A stretch of DNA of 53,854 nt from the NCBI GenBank assembly GCA_013911465.1, contig JACETE010000001.1, forward strand, positions 1-53,854, written 5' to 3'. Made by a program: the position numbers and the translations under genes. Shown here one piece after another: positions 9,787 to 19,914 of the stretch (positions are counted from its first letter, which is position 1; each line of letters begins with the position of its first letter). The notes beneath the pieces were generated by a model that made no database searches, was not told the DNA's origin, and saw only the letters and a list, made by a program, of their open reading frames with translations. Source of the DNA: Candidatus Poseidoniales archaeon (lineage in GTDB: Archaea > Thermoplasmatota > Poseidoniia > Poseidoniales > Poseidoniaceae).

Positions 9787-11463
9787 TTGTCGAAGGATGA
9801 TGCACGTCTTGAACGGTTGCATGGCATGCTAAGGCAACGTGGAATTCTCCTTCCTGCCTTCGATTTGTACGGAGGTGCAAAGGGCTTGTACGATTTTGGT
9901 CCTGTTGGGGGTCGATTGCGCTCTCGTTTAATCCAGGTTTGGCTTGATCATTGGCTTTCTATGGGAGATGTTGTTGAGATTTCATGTCCTACTGTAACAC
10001 CATACGAAGTTCTTGAAGCAAGTGGACACGTCGGTGAATTTTCTGATTTTATGACTGTTTGTGGAAATTGTGATGAAGCCAGTCGAGCAGATACACTCCT
10101 CGAAGAATTTCACCCGAATCCAGATGCCCTGAGCAAATCAGAGTTGCAGGACTTGCTTGTGCAAGTCAATCCAGAATGTCCTTCCTGTTCAGCACGAGAA
10201 TGGAGCGATGTAGTCGCTCAGAATTTAATGTTCTCAACAACAATTGGGGCAGGCTCTTCTGGAAGAGACGGTTTCATGCGCCCTGAAACTGCTCAAGGTA
10301 TGTTTACTTCATTTCCGTCTCTCTACCGCCACTTCAGAGAGCGCCTGCCATTTGGTGCTGTTCAAGTTGGGAAAGGTTATCGAAACGAGATATCCCCTCG
10401 GCAAGGAATGATTCGCCTTCGAGAATTCAATATGGCTGAGTTGGAATATTTTATTGATCCCGAACAATCTCTCAATCATGATTTATCTCAGTGGTCGTCG
10501 TTTAACGTTAATCTTCTCGACGGGAACGGTAAGAAACATTCGATGCCACTTGCAAGTGCTGTTGAAGAAGGACTCGTGCGACATTCTACAGTCGGCTATT
10601 TCATGGGTAGGACATACAATTTCCTGGTCGAAGTTGGTATTGATCCGACCCGACTTCGCTTCCGACAACATGCTTCTGACGAAATGGCACATTACGCTTC
10701 GGATTGTTGGGATGTTGAAATTGAAGGTTCGTATGGATGGATAGAATGTGTAGGTATCGCACATCGTGGTTGTTACGATCTTGAGGCTCATGAACAAGCA
10801 AGTGGCAAGACTCTTCGAGCCCGCCGGGAATTTTCCGAACCGCGCCTGATTGAAATCGATGGTTGGACCATTGACGGTGGAACTGCTGGACCTGCCTTCC
10901 GAGGTGATGCCGGACAAGTCAAGACCATTGTGGAGTCCTTTGAAAGCGATATGACGTATCCGAGTGAAGTAACTCTTTCAGATGGGCGTGTTCTTCTTGT
11001 CGAAGAACAACATGTCAAGCGAGTTCAGAAAACCGTCAAAGAAACAGGTGAGTGGTTTATCCCACATGTTGTAGAACCTGCTTTCGGAATTGATAGAATC
11101 CTATGGCACATCCTCGACCATGCATTCAAAGAAACAGAAAAGGGTGGTGAACCCTATCGAATGCTAACTCTGTCAAAGCACATCGCACCGATTGATGTTG
11201 CTATTTTTCCACTCTTTGAAAAGGACGGTATGGGTGAGATAGCTCAAGATATTCATTCCTTGTGTTGTAAAAAATCCGGTTTGGTTTCGATGTATGATGC
11301 CGGAGGTTCTATTGGAAAGCGATACGCAAGGGCTGATGAGATTGGTATTCCTGTTTGTATTACCGTCGATCATCAATCACTTGAGGACCGAACAGTAACG
11401 CTTCGAAATCGAGATGACGGTTCACAGACTCGTATCTCCATGGATGAATTGCCTTTCCTCTGA
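9787..11463 (+). CDS. glyS: Glycyl-tRNA synthetase, archaeal/eukaryote-type class II
   Basis: N-terminus LRQRGILLPAFDLYGG. Class II motifs FMRPETAQG and YRNEISPRQGMIRLREFNMAE. Anticodon-binding tail GKRYARADEIGIP. TTG start preceded by GAGGGG. Confidence 0.95.
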   Translation: MSKDDARLERLHGMLRQRGILLPAFDLYGGAKGLYDFGPVGGRLRSRLIQVWLDHWLSMGDVVEISCPTVTPYEVLEASGHVGEFSDFMTVCGNCDEASRADTLLEEFHPNPDALSKSELQDLLVQVNPECPSCSAREWSDVVAQNLMFSTTIGAGSSGRDGFMRPETAQGMFTSFPSLYRHFRERLPFGAVQVGKGYRNEISPRQGMIRLREFNMAELEYFIDPEQSLNHDLSQWSSFNVNLLDGNGKKHSMPLASAVEEGLVRHSTVGYFMGRTYNFLVEVGIDPTRLRFRQHASDEMAHYASDCWDVEIEGSYGWIECVGIAHRGCYDLEAHEQASGKTLRARREFSEPRLIEIDGWTIDGGTAGPAFRGDAGQVKTIVESFESDMTYPSEVTLSDGRVLLVEEQHVKRVQKTVKETGEWFIPHVVEPAFGIDRILWHILDHAFKETEKGGEPYRMLTLSKHIAPIDVAIFPLFEKDGMGEIAQDIHSLCCKKSGLVSMYDAGGSIGKRYARADEIGIPVCITVDHQSLEDRTVTLRNRDDGSQTRISMDELPFL

Positions 11464-11506
11464 TGGAAAGAAACATCTTCATGAACCGTCGGGAACTTGT
11501 ATCATC

Positions 11507-13024
11507 ATGAGCGGTGCTTCAGATTGGACTGAACGCCATCGCCCTGTCTCCGAACATCAACTTGAGGGGAACGAGGTTCAACGACGAAAGATTCGTGAAT
11601 GGCTCGACGGTTGGATTAATGGTCAACCAAAAAAGAAAGGGATTCTTCTTGTTGGCCCACCAGGCGTAGGGAAAACAACAGTTGCGCGAGCAATTGCACA
11701 AGATATGGGTTGGACTGTCATTGAATTGAATGCGAGTGATACTCGAAATGCAGTAGCTATTCGTAAGGCTGCCACACAATCATCCACGCACCGATCATTG
11801 TTTCACGACCCAAATAAGCCTCAACAACGAACCCTGATCCTTCTTGATGAAGTGGACCACATTGGTGGTGGATTACGCCAAATCAGCGAGGATCGAATTC
11901 GCAAGGGTATTGAGGACGATGAATCTGCTGTACTTTCTGGAGATTCTGGAGGGAAAGCAGAACTGTTGCGTTTACTTGAAGTGACCAAACAACCGGTTAT
12001 TCTTGCATGCAATGATATCATGGGACTTTGGGGTCGTTCCTCCTCGACATGGAGGAACACCAAGGACCGGTTCAGTCGGAACCTGATTACAGTAACCTTT
12101 GATCGTGTTTCAGACGAAGCACTTCGACGTATTGCCCGACGTGTTCTTCGTGAGGAAAACATCGACTATACGAATGAGGCAATCGATGTCCTCGTCAACG
12201 GGAATCACGGAGATTTACGAGCATTGGTTCGTGATTTGCAAGTGTTGTCGTCGGGAGAAGTCAAGAAATTATCGCCAGATTTGGTGCGTTCACACTTGGA
12301 GGCAGGAGTTCGTGATATGACCACTGAAGTGTTTCCAGGTATGGAGTCCTTGTACAAATCAGAATCAGCAACAGATGCGGTCTCAATAGGAAGGAGCATC
12401 GACAAACAACCATCCGATCTGATGAACTGGGTTCATTGGAACAATGCATCACTGTATGCTGATACGGCGATGCGTCGTGGGTCAAATGCTCTGGTCCTTG
12501 CTGACCGTTCGGTTGAAAGCCGCTATCGTGATTTAGCACATCATTCATCATACTGGACGTTACATCTTTCTTCCTTATCTGCAAGTGTTGCAAATCAGGA
12601 AAAACTTCCAAATCGAATATACCCGAGTTATCCAAATTACTTGAGGCGCTCAGGTTCATGGGCTCGTCCTGCAATCATCAACCATCTCGCAGACCTTTCC
12701 AAAACGAGCAGATCAACTGTGCGTCGAGAGTTTATGCCTTTGTTGAGCGCTCTTCATCAAGAGAATCCCGTTTTTGGAGATCCCCATCGATTTGAGATTT
12801 CCCTTGCCCTTGGATTGAGTGCCGAGGAACATGCAGCGCTCTGTAATTTGCCATTGTCTAGAAAATCCACAAAGGCCTTGATTCAGGAATTTGAAAAAGC
12901 AGAAGAGGAATGGAAAGATCCGGTCATTGATTCAGTGTTAGAAGAAATTCAGGAAGAGCCTATTCCTGAGCCTGAAGTCAAGCAAGAACCGAGTCATGAT
13001 TCAGCTCAACGGACCTTGTTCTGA
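11507..13024 (+). CDS. rfcL: Replication factor C large subunit
   Basis: WTERHRP, Walker A GPPGVGKTT, Walker B LILLDEVD, acidic C-terminal tail. The start is set at the ATG at 11507, which avoids overlap with the glyS 3' end. Confidence 0.9.
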   Translation: MSGASDWTERHRPVSEHQLEGNEVQRRKIREWLDGWINGQPKKKGILLVGPPGVGKTTVARAIAQDMGWTVIELNASDTRNAVAIRKAATQSSTHRSLFHDPNKPQQRTLILLDEVDHIGGGLRQISEDRIRKGIEDDESAVLSGDSGGKAELLRLLEVTKQPVILACNDIMGLWGRSSSTWRNTKDRFSRNLITVTFDRVSDEALRRIARRVLREENIDYTNEAIDVLVNGNHGDLRALVRDLQVLSSGEVKKLSPDLVRSHLEAGVRDMTTEVFPGMESLYKSESATDAVSIGRSIDKQPSDLMNWVHWNNASLYADTAMRRGSNALVLADRSVESRYRDLAHHSSYWTLHLSSLSASVANQEKLPNRIYPSYPNYLRRSGSWARPAIINHLADLSKTSRSTVRREFMPLLSALHQENPVFGDPHRFEISLALGLSAEEHAALCNLPLSRKSTKALIQEFEKAEEEWKDPVIDSVLEEIQEEPIPEPEVKQEPSHDSAQRTLF

Positions 13025-14641
13025 GTCTTCATGAGGTTCTCGAGATATCATTCTTTTTAATCGGGACAAAGCACTGCGTGGAGCTTGGTCTTTGGATTCT
13101 GATCTCCATGTATGTGGGTGCAATAGAATGACTGCAGTGAGCAACTCCAGACGGCCAAACCACATGAGAATTGATGTGAGTAACAATGCTCCAGAATTGA
13201 GGCCTGCCCATGTTTCTGTTGGCCCATAATTACCAATGGTTGGCCCAGTATTGCCTAGACTGGATGCTACGAGAGCCAAAATTGATTCAAAATCTTCTCC
13301 TGGTACAATGAATGCCAAGAGAATCGATGAAATTGCGAACAAACCAATCCAAACGAAAAGCATCCCAATGATGAGACCAAGTTGCTGATTTCCGACCACT
13401 TCTCCATTCATTCGAATTGTCTGCACTTTTCGAGGCTGTGCAATTCGAACCAATTCACGCATTGCAACTTTGAAAGCCAAATTAATTCGCAGGAGTTTCA
13501 ATCCACCACTTGTACTTCCTGCAGAAGCACCAACAATCATCAATACAAACAAGAAAAGATGGGTTACAACGGGCCATTGCATGTAATCAGTTGAAGTATA
13601 TCCAGTTGACGTACCCAACGAAACGACGTGGAACAGGGAATCAATAAACGAATCCATCGTCGTGTAATCACGTGTTGCAAGCAATGCAATGGTGATGAAG
13701 AGGAATGTCGTCAAGATGTACACCACATAATTCTTGAACTCCTCATCTTGAGTCGCCTTACGAAATTGTCCTTCACGGATAAACCAAAGTAAGGTGAAAT
13801 TGATTCCACCAATAAACATGAACAAAATAATGATCAATTCTACAGTATACGATTCAAAATGACCTATGCTTGCATCATAGGTAGAAAAACCACCCGTTGG
13901 CATTGTTGTAAGTGCATGGTTGATTGAGTCAAACCAATCCATACCTCCGATGCTCATCAATAAACCAAATTCAAGCAGAGTTAATGCAAGGTAGAGCCCC
14001 CACAAGGCAAGTGCAGTTTCTTGCAGTTTAGGTTTCAATCGAGAAAGCGAGGGACCTGTAAGTTCAGCACGGGCCAACGCCATCCCGCCACCAATTACTC
14101 TTGATAGAATCATCATGCCAAGCATGATAATTCCCATTCCACCAAACCATTGTGTAAGTGATCTCCAGAACAACAATCCTCTAGCTTGTGAATTGATACA
14201 ATCCATTCCAGGAGAACAGTTAGGGCTCATCGAGGTCGAGATAACCGTGGCTCCAGTCGTTGAGAATCCAGACATCGATTCAAACCAAGCGTTGACAGCG
14301 CCTCGGGCAATATCTGCAAAATCCGAACCATCGGTAAAAGGGCCATGGAACATTCCACCTAGCCAATAAGGAAGTGCTCCAATAAATACTGCAAGTGGCC
14401 AAACTAAAGCCACTGCTGCAAAGGCTTCTCGATCTCGAAGACGCATGTGTGTATTTCGCTTGGTTCCAAAACGTAGCATCATTGAACCAATAAAGAGGGA
14501 TAACCCAGCAGGTATGGAAAACGCTCGAAACGCAAGTTCCCAGTTGTCCATATACCCTGTTGCCACCACACATAGCAGGAGCGGAATCGTCAGTGCGACG
14601 AGTGTCCACCCAAGAATAAGATTGAGAACATCAAAACGCAT
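13001..14641 (-). CDS. trkH: TrkH/KtrB-family potassium uptake membrane subunit
   Basis: Polytopic membrane protein with repeated pore-loop motifs (SGFSTTGATV, MPTGGFSTYD, LGTSTGYTS, LGNTGPT). Confidence 0.9.
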   Translation of the reverse strand: MRFDVLNLILGWTLVALTIPLLLCVVATGYMDNWELAFRAFSIPAGLSLFIGSMMLRFGTKRNTHMRLRDREAFAAVALVWPLAVFIGALPYWLGGMFHGPFTDGSDFADIARGAVNAWFESMSGFSTTGATVISTSMSPNCSPGMDCINSQARGLLFWRSLTQWFGGMGIIMLGMMILSRVIGGGMALARAELTGPSLSRLKPKLQETALALWGLYLALTLLEFGLLMSIGGMDWFDSINHALTTMPTGGFSTYDASIGHFESYTVELIIILFMFIGGINFTLLWFIREGQFRKATQDEEFKNYVVYILTTFLFITIALLATRDYTTMDSFIDSLFHVVSLGTSTGYTSTDYMQWPVVTHLFLFVLMIVGASAGSTSGGLKLLRINLAFKVAMRELVRIAQPRKVQTIRMNGEVVGNQQLGLIIGMLFVWIGLFAISSILLAFIVPGEDFESILALVASSLGNTGPTIGNYGPTETWAGLNSGALLLTSILMWFGRLELLTAVILLHPHTWRSESKDQAPRSALSRLKRMISREPHEDSEQGPLS

Positions 14642-14643
14642 GA

Positions 14644-16074
14644 TTACACCTTGAATCGTTTCTCAAGATCAGCGACTCTATCCGGTCTACAGAAGAGAAT
14701 GAGTCGATCGCCCTCGACAATTGTCTTCTCACGCGCAGGTCGTAGCGTTTCCCAATAACCAGCAGTGTTTCTTCGTTGGATAAATGCGATACGGGACCAT
14801 TCAGGTAGGCCTGAGTTCCTGATTTTCTTTCCTGCAAATTTTGAATCCTGTGAGACAGTTTGGCTTATTCCAACAACATCTGGGATGTTTGAAAGAATTG
14901 CATATGCTCCTGATGCTTTGGTATGGATATGGGCGAGAATATTGTCAACTGCGACTCTTTTGATATCAACGGCAAATGTAATTCCCATTCGTTGAGTAAC
15001 TGTAACAAGATCAGAATCCTTGAGGATCAATCCGGTACGTGTAACTCCCATGTCGTTCGCTAAAAGAGCGGCTGCAATGGATATATGATCGTCATCAAGT
15101 GCAGCGATTGCAATGTGATGTTCTTTGATTCCTATTTCCGTAAGGATATTGCGATCCAAAAAGTCACCATGAATGACATCCAAATTTGCATGTGCTCCAA
15201 TGGCTGAGCCTGATAACTCGTTTGCAATGTTCAGATTTCTTTCTATGACCGTCACGTATGCACCATTTTTTAACCAGTTTTCTGCAATCCGCTTTCCGAC
15301 ATCCGTGGCTCCGATGATGGCAACCCGTGGTTGAGCAGGGAAGTCAATGGATTCATGCCCAAATGCAGTCAATATACGGCTGAACGAACCCAATCCACTG
15401 GTGGCTACGGCGATACGGTCCTTCGGCATCAAGGTGAAATCTTTGTTTGGAACAGTACTTGGCTCTCCATCTCGCTTAACGCCTACAATAAGGGGCAGTC
15501 CACCCTCAATACCGAGACTTGCTTCTGCAAGAGTCTGGTAAATCACTTGTTCAGCGTCTTTTGTTACGTTTAATTCAATGATGAATGCTTCGTGTCCAAA
15601 TGGAATGACTTCCTCAATGGCAGATGATCGCAAACCTGTAGCCAATCGTTGAATGGCACCATCAACAGGGTCAATTGCATAATCGACAGCAGCCCAGCGT
15701 GAAAGATGTCCTTGTCGATGTTCTTCGACATAATTTCTGTCACGGAATCTTCCGATTGAAAGCAAGTTGTGTTGAATTGATGCTCCATTTTGGCGTTTAA
15801 ATTCATCTTCAGCGAGCGCACAAGCTATCAAATTTCGATCATCTGAATCTGTCACGGCAACAAACACCGATGCATCGCCAATACCGGCTTCTTGCAGCGA
15901 ACTGCGAGACGTAATGTCTCCGTGAATTACCAATGCATCAAGCGATTGAGCATTTTTAACTGCCCGAGAATCACTATCAATCAATACGACATCCATTGTC
16001 TCAGCACGCATTGCCCGAGCAAGTTCTGAACCCACTCGCCCTGCACCACCTATAATTACACGCATTTTCATCAC
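14644..16074 (-). CDS. trkA: TrkA potassium uptake NAD-binding subunit (two RCK-N plus RCK-C units)
   Basis: Two Rossmann GxGxxG segments (IIGGAGRVG, IIGATDVGK). Length is close to bacterial TrkA. It lies 2 nt upstream of trkH. Confidence 0.9.
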   Translation of the reverse strand: MMKMRVIIGGAGRVGSELARAMRAETMDVVLIDSDSRAVKNAQSLDALVIHGDITSRSSLQEAGIGDASVFVAVTDSDDRNLIACALAEDEFKRQNGASIQHNLLSIGRFRDRNYVEEHRQGHLSRWAAVDYAIDPVDGAIQRLATGLRSSAIEEVIPFGHEAFIIELNVTKDAEQVIYQTLAEASLGIEGGLPLIVGVKRDGEPSTVPNKDFTLMPKDRIAVATSGLGSFSRILTAFGHESIDFPAQPRVAIIGATDVGKRIAENWLKNGAYVTVIERNLNIANELSGSAIGAHANLDVIHGDFLDRNILTEIGIKEHHIAIAALDDDHISIAAALLANDMGVTRTGLILKDSDLVTVTQRMGITFAVDIKRVAVDNILAHIHTKASGAYAILSNIPDVVGISQTVSQDSKFAGKKIRNSGLPEWSRIAFIQRRNTAGYWETLRPAREKTIVEGDRLILFCRPDRVADLEKRFKV

Positions 16075-16075
16075 C

Positions 16076-17656
16076 TCAACTGTAAACTGGGAACTTACCG
16101 CCCCCGTAACTTACGGGCCCTTCTAAGGCAAAGATCCGATCACGTTCAATTCTGTCAAAATCTCCATCCTGGTCCGAATACAAAAGCGGCCTATAGTAGG
16201 CATTAATGTAGGTGCCATCACGATTTGGATCCGGTTGTTCAATCCAGTCGATGAGTGCGGACGCTGTGTGAAGTAGCCACTTGTTGTTGGTAACATCGAC
16301 CGAGGCTTCGATGTAACAACTGTTGAGATCAATATTGTTCTCATTGCACCATTCCGATGACATTGGCAATTGAATGTAACCCCAAGCGTGCGCTTCCCAT
16401 TTCGTGTAGGACTTGCTTGAAAGAATACCGAAGACATACCACCCTGGAATCCCCTTCGCTCTCAAGAGACTTAGGAATGCATTCGTTTGTTCATCGCAAT
16501 CTCCTTGACCTGCAGCAAGGCAGGACGGGCCACTAAGGGCTGCAGTACCAGCACCCTCTTCGGTGTAATATTCGATATTTTCTCGAATGTAATCAAAAGC
16601 GGCTTTGGCAAAAGTGAAGGCATTTTGATTTCCATCTGGTAGATTGGAATCAATGGCAGATACTGCAGCTATGACGTTTGCAGCCGTTGCATCAATTGCA
16701 TGATCGGGACGATTTTTATTGTACCAACGTAGTGCAGTGAAGTCATCGGTTCGTTCACCGTCTCCTCGATTTTGAAAATCATCAAAGGTTCCGCTGTTTT
16801 CCTCAACAATACCTGATGAAAACCCTGGGATTCGAGCATCGACATCATCGACGTCCGACCACCATGTGAATGATTTGGAGCTAATGGTTACCAAATATTC
16901 AAAGGTAATTTTCTGGTTGGGCGAGAGGTTTACCTTGACCTTTACACAAGGCCCTCCTGTACAAAAATCATTACCGCTTCCAGATGTTCCGGGCCACCAG
17001 ATTTCGTGCCCTCCTGATGTAACGACAGACTCTGCAGCAGATTTTATTGCAGCATTTCCAAGAGGTATGTCAAGGGATTGACCATCAATTCGTAATTCAA
17101 TAGCCGATACATCTTGTATTTTCTGATTTGGCAAATCTTGACTTCCGTCGGTATACGTATACATCGCATTGCTGTTTTCGAGAGCATAGATATCAGGAGA
17201 TATTGGTAATGTTTCAATGAAATACTCATTTGAATCGCCATCCATGTTCTCAAGTGTTACAATGCGATTGAGTGTGTAATCTGCTTCGATATCGTATACC
17301 AAATATCCTGAAGTCGGATTCATAATGAATTCTTTCACTTCAGAAATCTTGCCCATTGTCATCTCTCGTGCTTGTGGTGAAAGCATAATGAAAGCAACCA
17401 ATCCTAGCATAATCAGGCTTCGAAACCTGTTCTTTCGACCTTTAAGTATATTTTTTGTTCGGCCTCGGTCAGTTTGAACAATTCCTCTTCGCTTTGGTGC
17501 TGAGGTCATTCTGTAGGCGTTGACATTGTTGTGACGATCCTTTTGGAGATTAATACGGTGTTCCATGATGGAACTGTTTGCTAATACTCTCCCGCACGAG
17601 TAACAGATGGTGTCACCATCCAGCGTGGTCGCAGAGCAATACGGGCAAGAACCCAT
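16076..17656 (-). CDS. Transglutaminase-like cysteine protease-fold membrane protein with N-terminal zinc ribbon
   Basis: CPYCS...CYSCG zinc ribbon, a TM helix (LIMLGLVAFIMLS), and a transglutaminase core (GQGDCDEQTNAFLSLLRAKGIPGWYV, WEAHAWGYIQL, a downstream Asp). Confidence 0.8.
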   Translation of the reverse strand: MGSCPYCSATTLDGDTICYSCGRVLANSSIMEHRINLQKDRHNNVNAYRMTSAPKRRGIVQTDRGRTKNILKGRKNRFRSLIMLGLVAFIMLSPQAREMTMGKISEVKEFIMNPTSGYLVYDIEADYTLNRIVTLENMDGDSNEYFIETLPISPDIYALENSNAMYTYTDGSQDLPNQKIQDVSAIELRIDGQSLDIPLGNAAIKSAAESVVTSGGHEIWWPGTSGSGNDFCTGGPCVKVKVNLSPNQKITFEYLVTISSKSFTWWSDVDDVDARIPGFSSGIVEENSGTFDDFQNRGDGERTDDFTALRWYNKNRPDHAIDATAANVIAAVSAIDSNLPDGNQNAFTFAKAAFDYIRENIEYYTEEGAGTAALSGPSCLAAGQGDCDEQTNAFLSLLRAKGIPGWYVFGILSSKSYTKWEAHAWGYIQLPMSSEWCNENNIDLNSCYIEASVDVTNNKWLLHTASALIDWIEQPDPNRDGTYINAYYRPLLYSDQDGDFDRIERDRIFALEGPVSYGGGKFPVYS

Positions 17657-17741
17657 GTCACGTTGGTTTCGCAGTCATGGTTTAATGGTTGTGTGAGATG
17701 ACCGACCAAACCATTGATAGAGGGGGTCTAGGGCCGAGTTA

Positions 17742-18542
17742 TCATTCCTCGGACAGATCAGTGTTTATCAGAACAGATTCTGGAGATTGTATGAGCCTTG
17801 CAGATGCTTGTTTTTCACGTCGCTTGTCGGCTTGCATTCTCCTCCATCTACGGCGACCTTCCTTGGGAACCGAATCCCAAACCCATTTTTCAGCCGAATC
17901 CTGAACCAACAACACCGGAGGGATGATGAAAACCCACGCAAGAGGGCTAAACCAAGCAAAATAGAACATGGTTAGCGATGAGGCTCTCCAAAAGGTTGCT
18001 CTAAAGATCGCACCCCATCGTTTACCTCTTAGCATCAAAGTTCCATGAAAGGCCGTAATCATTGCTTCCACTCTTGGTGCAAAAAAACCAATCAGAAGGA
18101 TCGTCAATACATCGACAAAACCAACACTATCGGTTTGGACTTTTCTTGTGATCAATACAATGGCCAACATCCCGCCAACTGCGAGGCCAAGTGCCCAGCC
18201 ACTGGTTGCCTGAGAGCCACCTTTTCGTACTCGTTTTCGACGGAGGAGGAAGTGCATGCCAATTGTGGCAATCAACGGAACGAGGATTAAACGGATAAGA
18301 TTGAGTTCGGGGGTTCGTTCACCGGTCAATTGAGCTTCGTAGTATGGTAGAAAAAGGGAACTATCAGCATATGAAGCAAAAGCCCCTCCCAATAAAATCC
18401 CCCAAAATACTTGATTCCATGCAGTAGGTAAGTCATAGAATCCAGAATACTTGGTCATCACACCACGCCATCCCAGCGTCATTCCAACAAGCCCACAAAC
18501 GGCCGCAATTTGGAATGTGATGAATTCATTGACCACGAGCAT
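17742..18542 (-). CDS. Hypothetical polytopic membrane protein with a basic C-terminal tail
   Basis: About six hydrophobic helices and an RRRWRRMQADKRREK tail. No family recognised. The ORF-track start (18686) would overlap the divergent ArsA gene by 64 nt, so I prefer the internal ATG at 18542. The start remains uncertain. Confidence 0.5.
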   Translation of the reverse strand: MLVVNEFITFQIAAVCGLVGMTLGWRGVMTKYSGFYDLPTAWNQVFWGILLGGAFASYADSSLFLPYYEAQLTGERTPELNLIRLILVPLIATIGMHFLLRRKRVRKGGSQATSGWALGLAVGGMLAIVLITRKVQTDSVGFVDVLTILLIGFFAPRVEAMITAFHGTLMLRGKRWGAIFRATFWRASSLTMFYFAWFSPLAWVFIIPPVLLVQDSAEKWVWDSVPKEGRRRWRRMQADKRREKQASARLIQSPESVLINTDLSEE

Positions 18543-18622
18543 TCCTGATGAATCGCCTACATAAGATGGATAGCAAAATTTGGAGGCAATGAGTTCAAAC
18601 ACCTCCTCCCAATGTCCAAACC

Positions 18623-19873
18623 ATGGCGAGGTTGTTGTTGTTTGGAGGAAAAGGTGGAGTTGGTAAAACGACCACTTCTGCTTCAACCGCAGTTTGGCTT
18701 GCGGATTCAGGTCTCAAGGTATTGCTTGTGTCAAGTGATCCAGCACACTCAACTTCGGATTCCCTTGGTGTTGATTTATCTTCAGAACCAACTGCGGTTG
18801 AAGGCGTCCCTGGTTTGTTTGGTTTGGAACTCAATCCAGAGGCTAAATTGTCGACATTTATGCCCAAACTTGGTGAAAGTCTCTCCGGTATGTCATCCTC
18901 ACCTTTCTCTGCACTAGGTGGTCTTGGTGGTATGTTTGACCAAGGGGCAAAGGAAGAAATAGCATCGATTAAAGAGGAAGTTGATTCAAGTGAATTGGTG
19001 TTGCCCGGGCTTGATGAAGCTATTGCATTTGATGAACTGCTCAAGCACGTAGAAAACCCAACGTGGGACGTTATCGTATTCGACACCGCCCCTACAGGTC
19101 ATACACTTCGATTCCTCTCGCTCCCTGAACTAATTGAAGCCTGGTCGGGAAGATTGTTACGAATGATGCGAGTGTCAGGTGGAATTCGTTCAATGTTGTT
19201 TGGACGTAAGCAAAGCGATGCGATGAAAGAAGAACTTGAACGATTTCGTCGTCGAGTTTTACACGTTCGGCGTGTTCTTAGTGACCCATCAACGACATCA
19301 TTCACGTTGGTTACGATTCCTGAACGCATGGGTGTGAATGAAACTGTTCGTGCGAATGTGTCTTTGAGTGAATACGAACTTCCTGTGACAGGTTGCTTGG
19401 TGAATCGAGTGACTCCAGAACTCGATCATCCATTCTTGCAACGTAGACGATCTGAAGAGCAAGGGCACATTGAAGAATTGAAAGAAAGTCTAAACCTGCC
19501 CGTGACAACAATGGAATTGTTTGATTCAGAAGTTCAAGGATTAGAGCGTCTAAGGACATACGGAAGCCTGTTGTACGGAGAGCCTAAGATCCTTGGAGAT
19601 GAACTCGGACCTTATTCTATTGGTGATCGATTGCATCATTCAATTCATCGTGGTATGTACATTGAACAAGGCGATGGTGTCGAAATCATACATCTCCATT
19701 TCCCGGGTCTTGAACGCGATGATCTCTCCCTTCGAAGCGAAGACGGTGTTCTGTTTGTAGGGGTGAATGGCCGTGAACATGCAGTTCCAACAACATCTCC
19801 TGCAAAGGCTTCACAAGTGAAGGCTAAACTAGAGAACGACATTCTCCGTCTTGATGTTCCTCTCTCGGAGTGA
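18623..19873 (+). CDS. ArsA/Get3-family ATPase with C-terminal HSP20-like domain
   Basis: Deviant Walker A GGKGGVGKTT, switch I DPAHS, switch II DTAPTGHTLR. The C-terminal roughly 90 aa are beta-rich (IHLHFPGLERDDLSLRSEDGVLFVGV...ILRLDVP), resembling the ArsA-associated HSP20-like domain. Confidence 0.9.
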   Translation: MARLLLFGGKGGVGKTTTSASTAVWLADSGLKVLLVSSDPAHSTSDSLGVDLSSEPTAVEGVPGLFGLELNPEAKLSTFMPKLGESLSGMSSSPFSALGGLGGMFDQGAKEEIASIKEEVDSSELVLPGLDEAIAFDELLKHVENPTWDVIVFDTAPTGHTLRFLSLPELIEAWSGRLLRMMRVSGGIRSMLFGRKQSDAMKEELERFRRRVLHVRRVLSDPSTTSFTLVTIPERMGVNETVRANVSLSEYELPVTGCLVNRVTPELDHPFLQRRRSEEQGHIEELKESLNLPVTTMELFDSEVQGLERLRTYGSLLYGEPKILGDELGPYSIGDRLHHSIHRGMYIEQGDGVEIIHLHFPGLERDDLSLRSEDGVLFVGVNGREHAVPTTSPAKASQVKAKLENDILRLDVPLSE

Positions 19874-19914
19874 ACTTCCGTTGGATTTTAAGCAGAAGGC
19901 TTGGTGGCTAAAAC

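Noticed and set aside
18595-19086. 163-aa minus-strand ORF antisense to the ArsA/Get3 gene
   Set aside because: The translation is Ser/Pro-rich and low in complexity. The opposite strand encodes a protein with complete P-loop and switch motifs.
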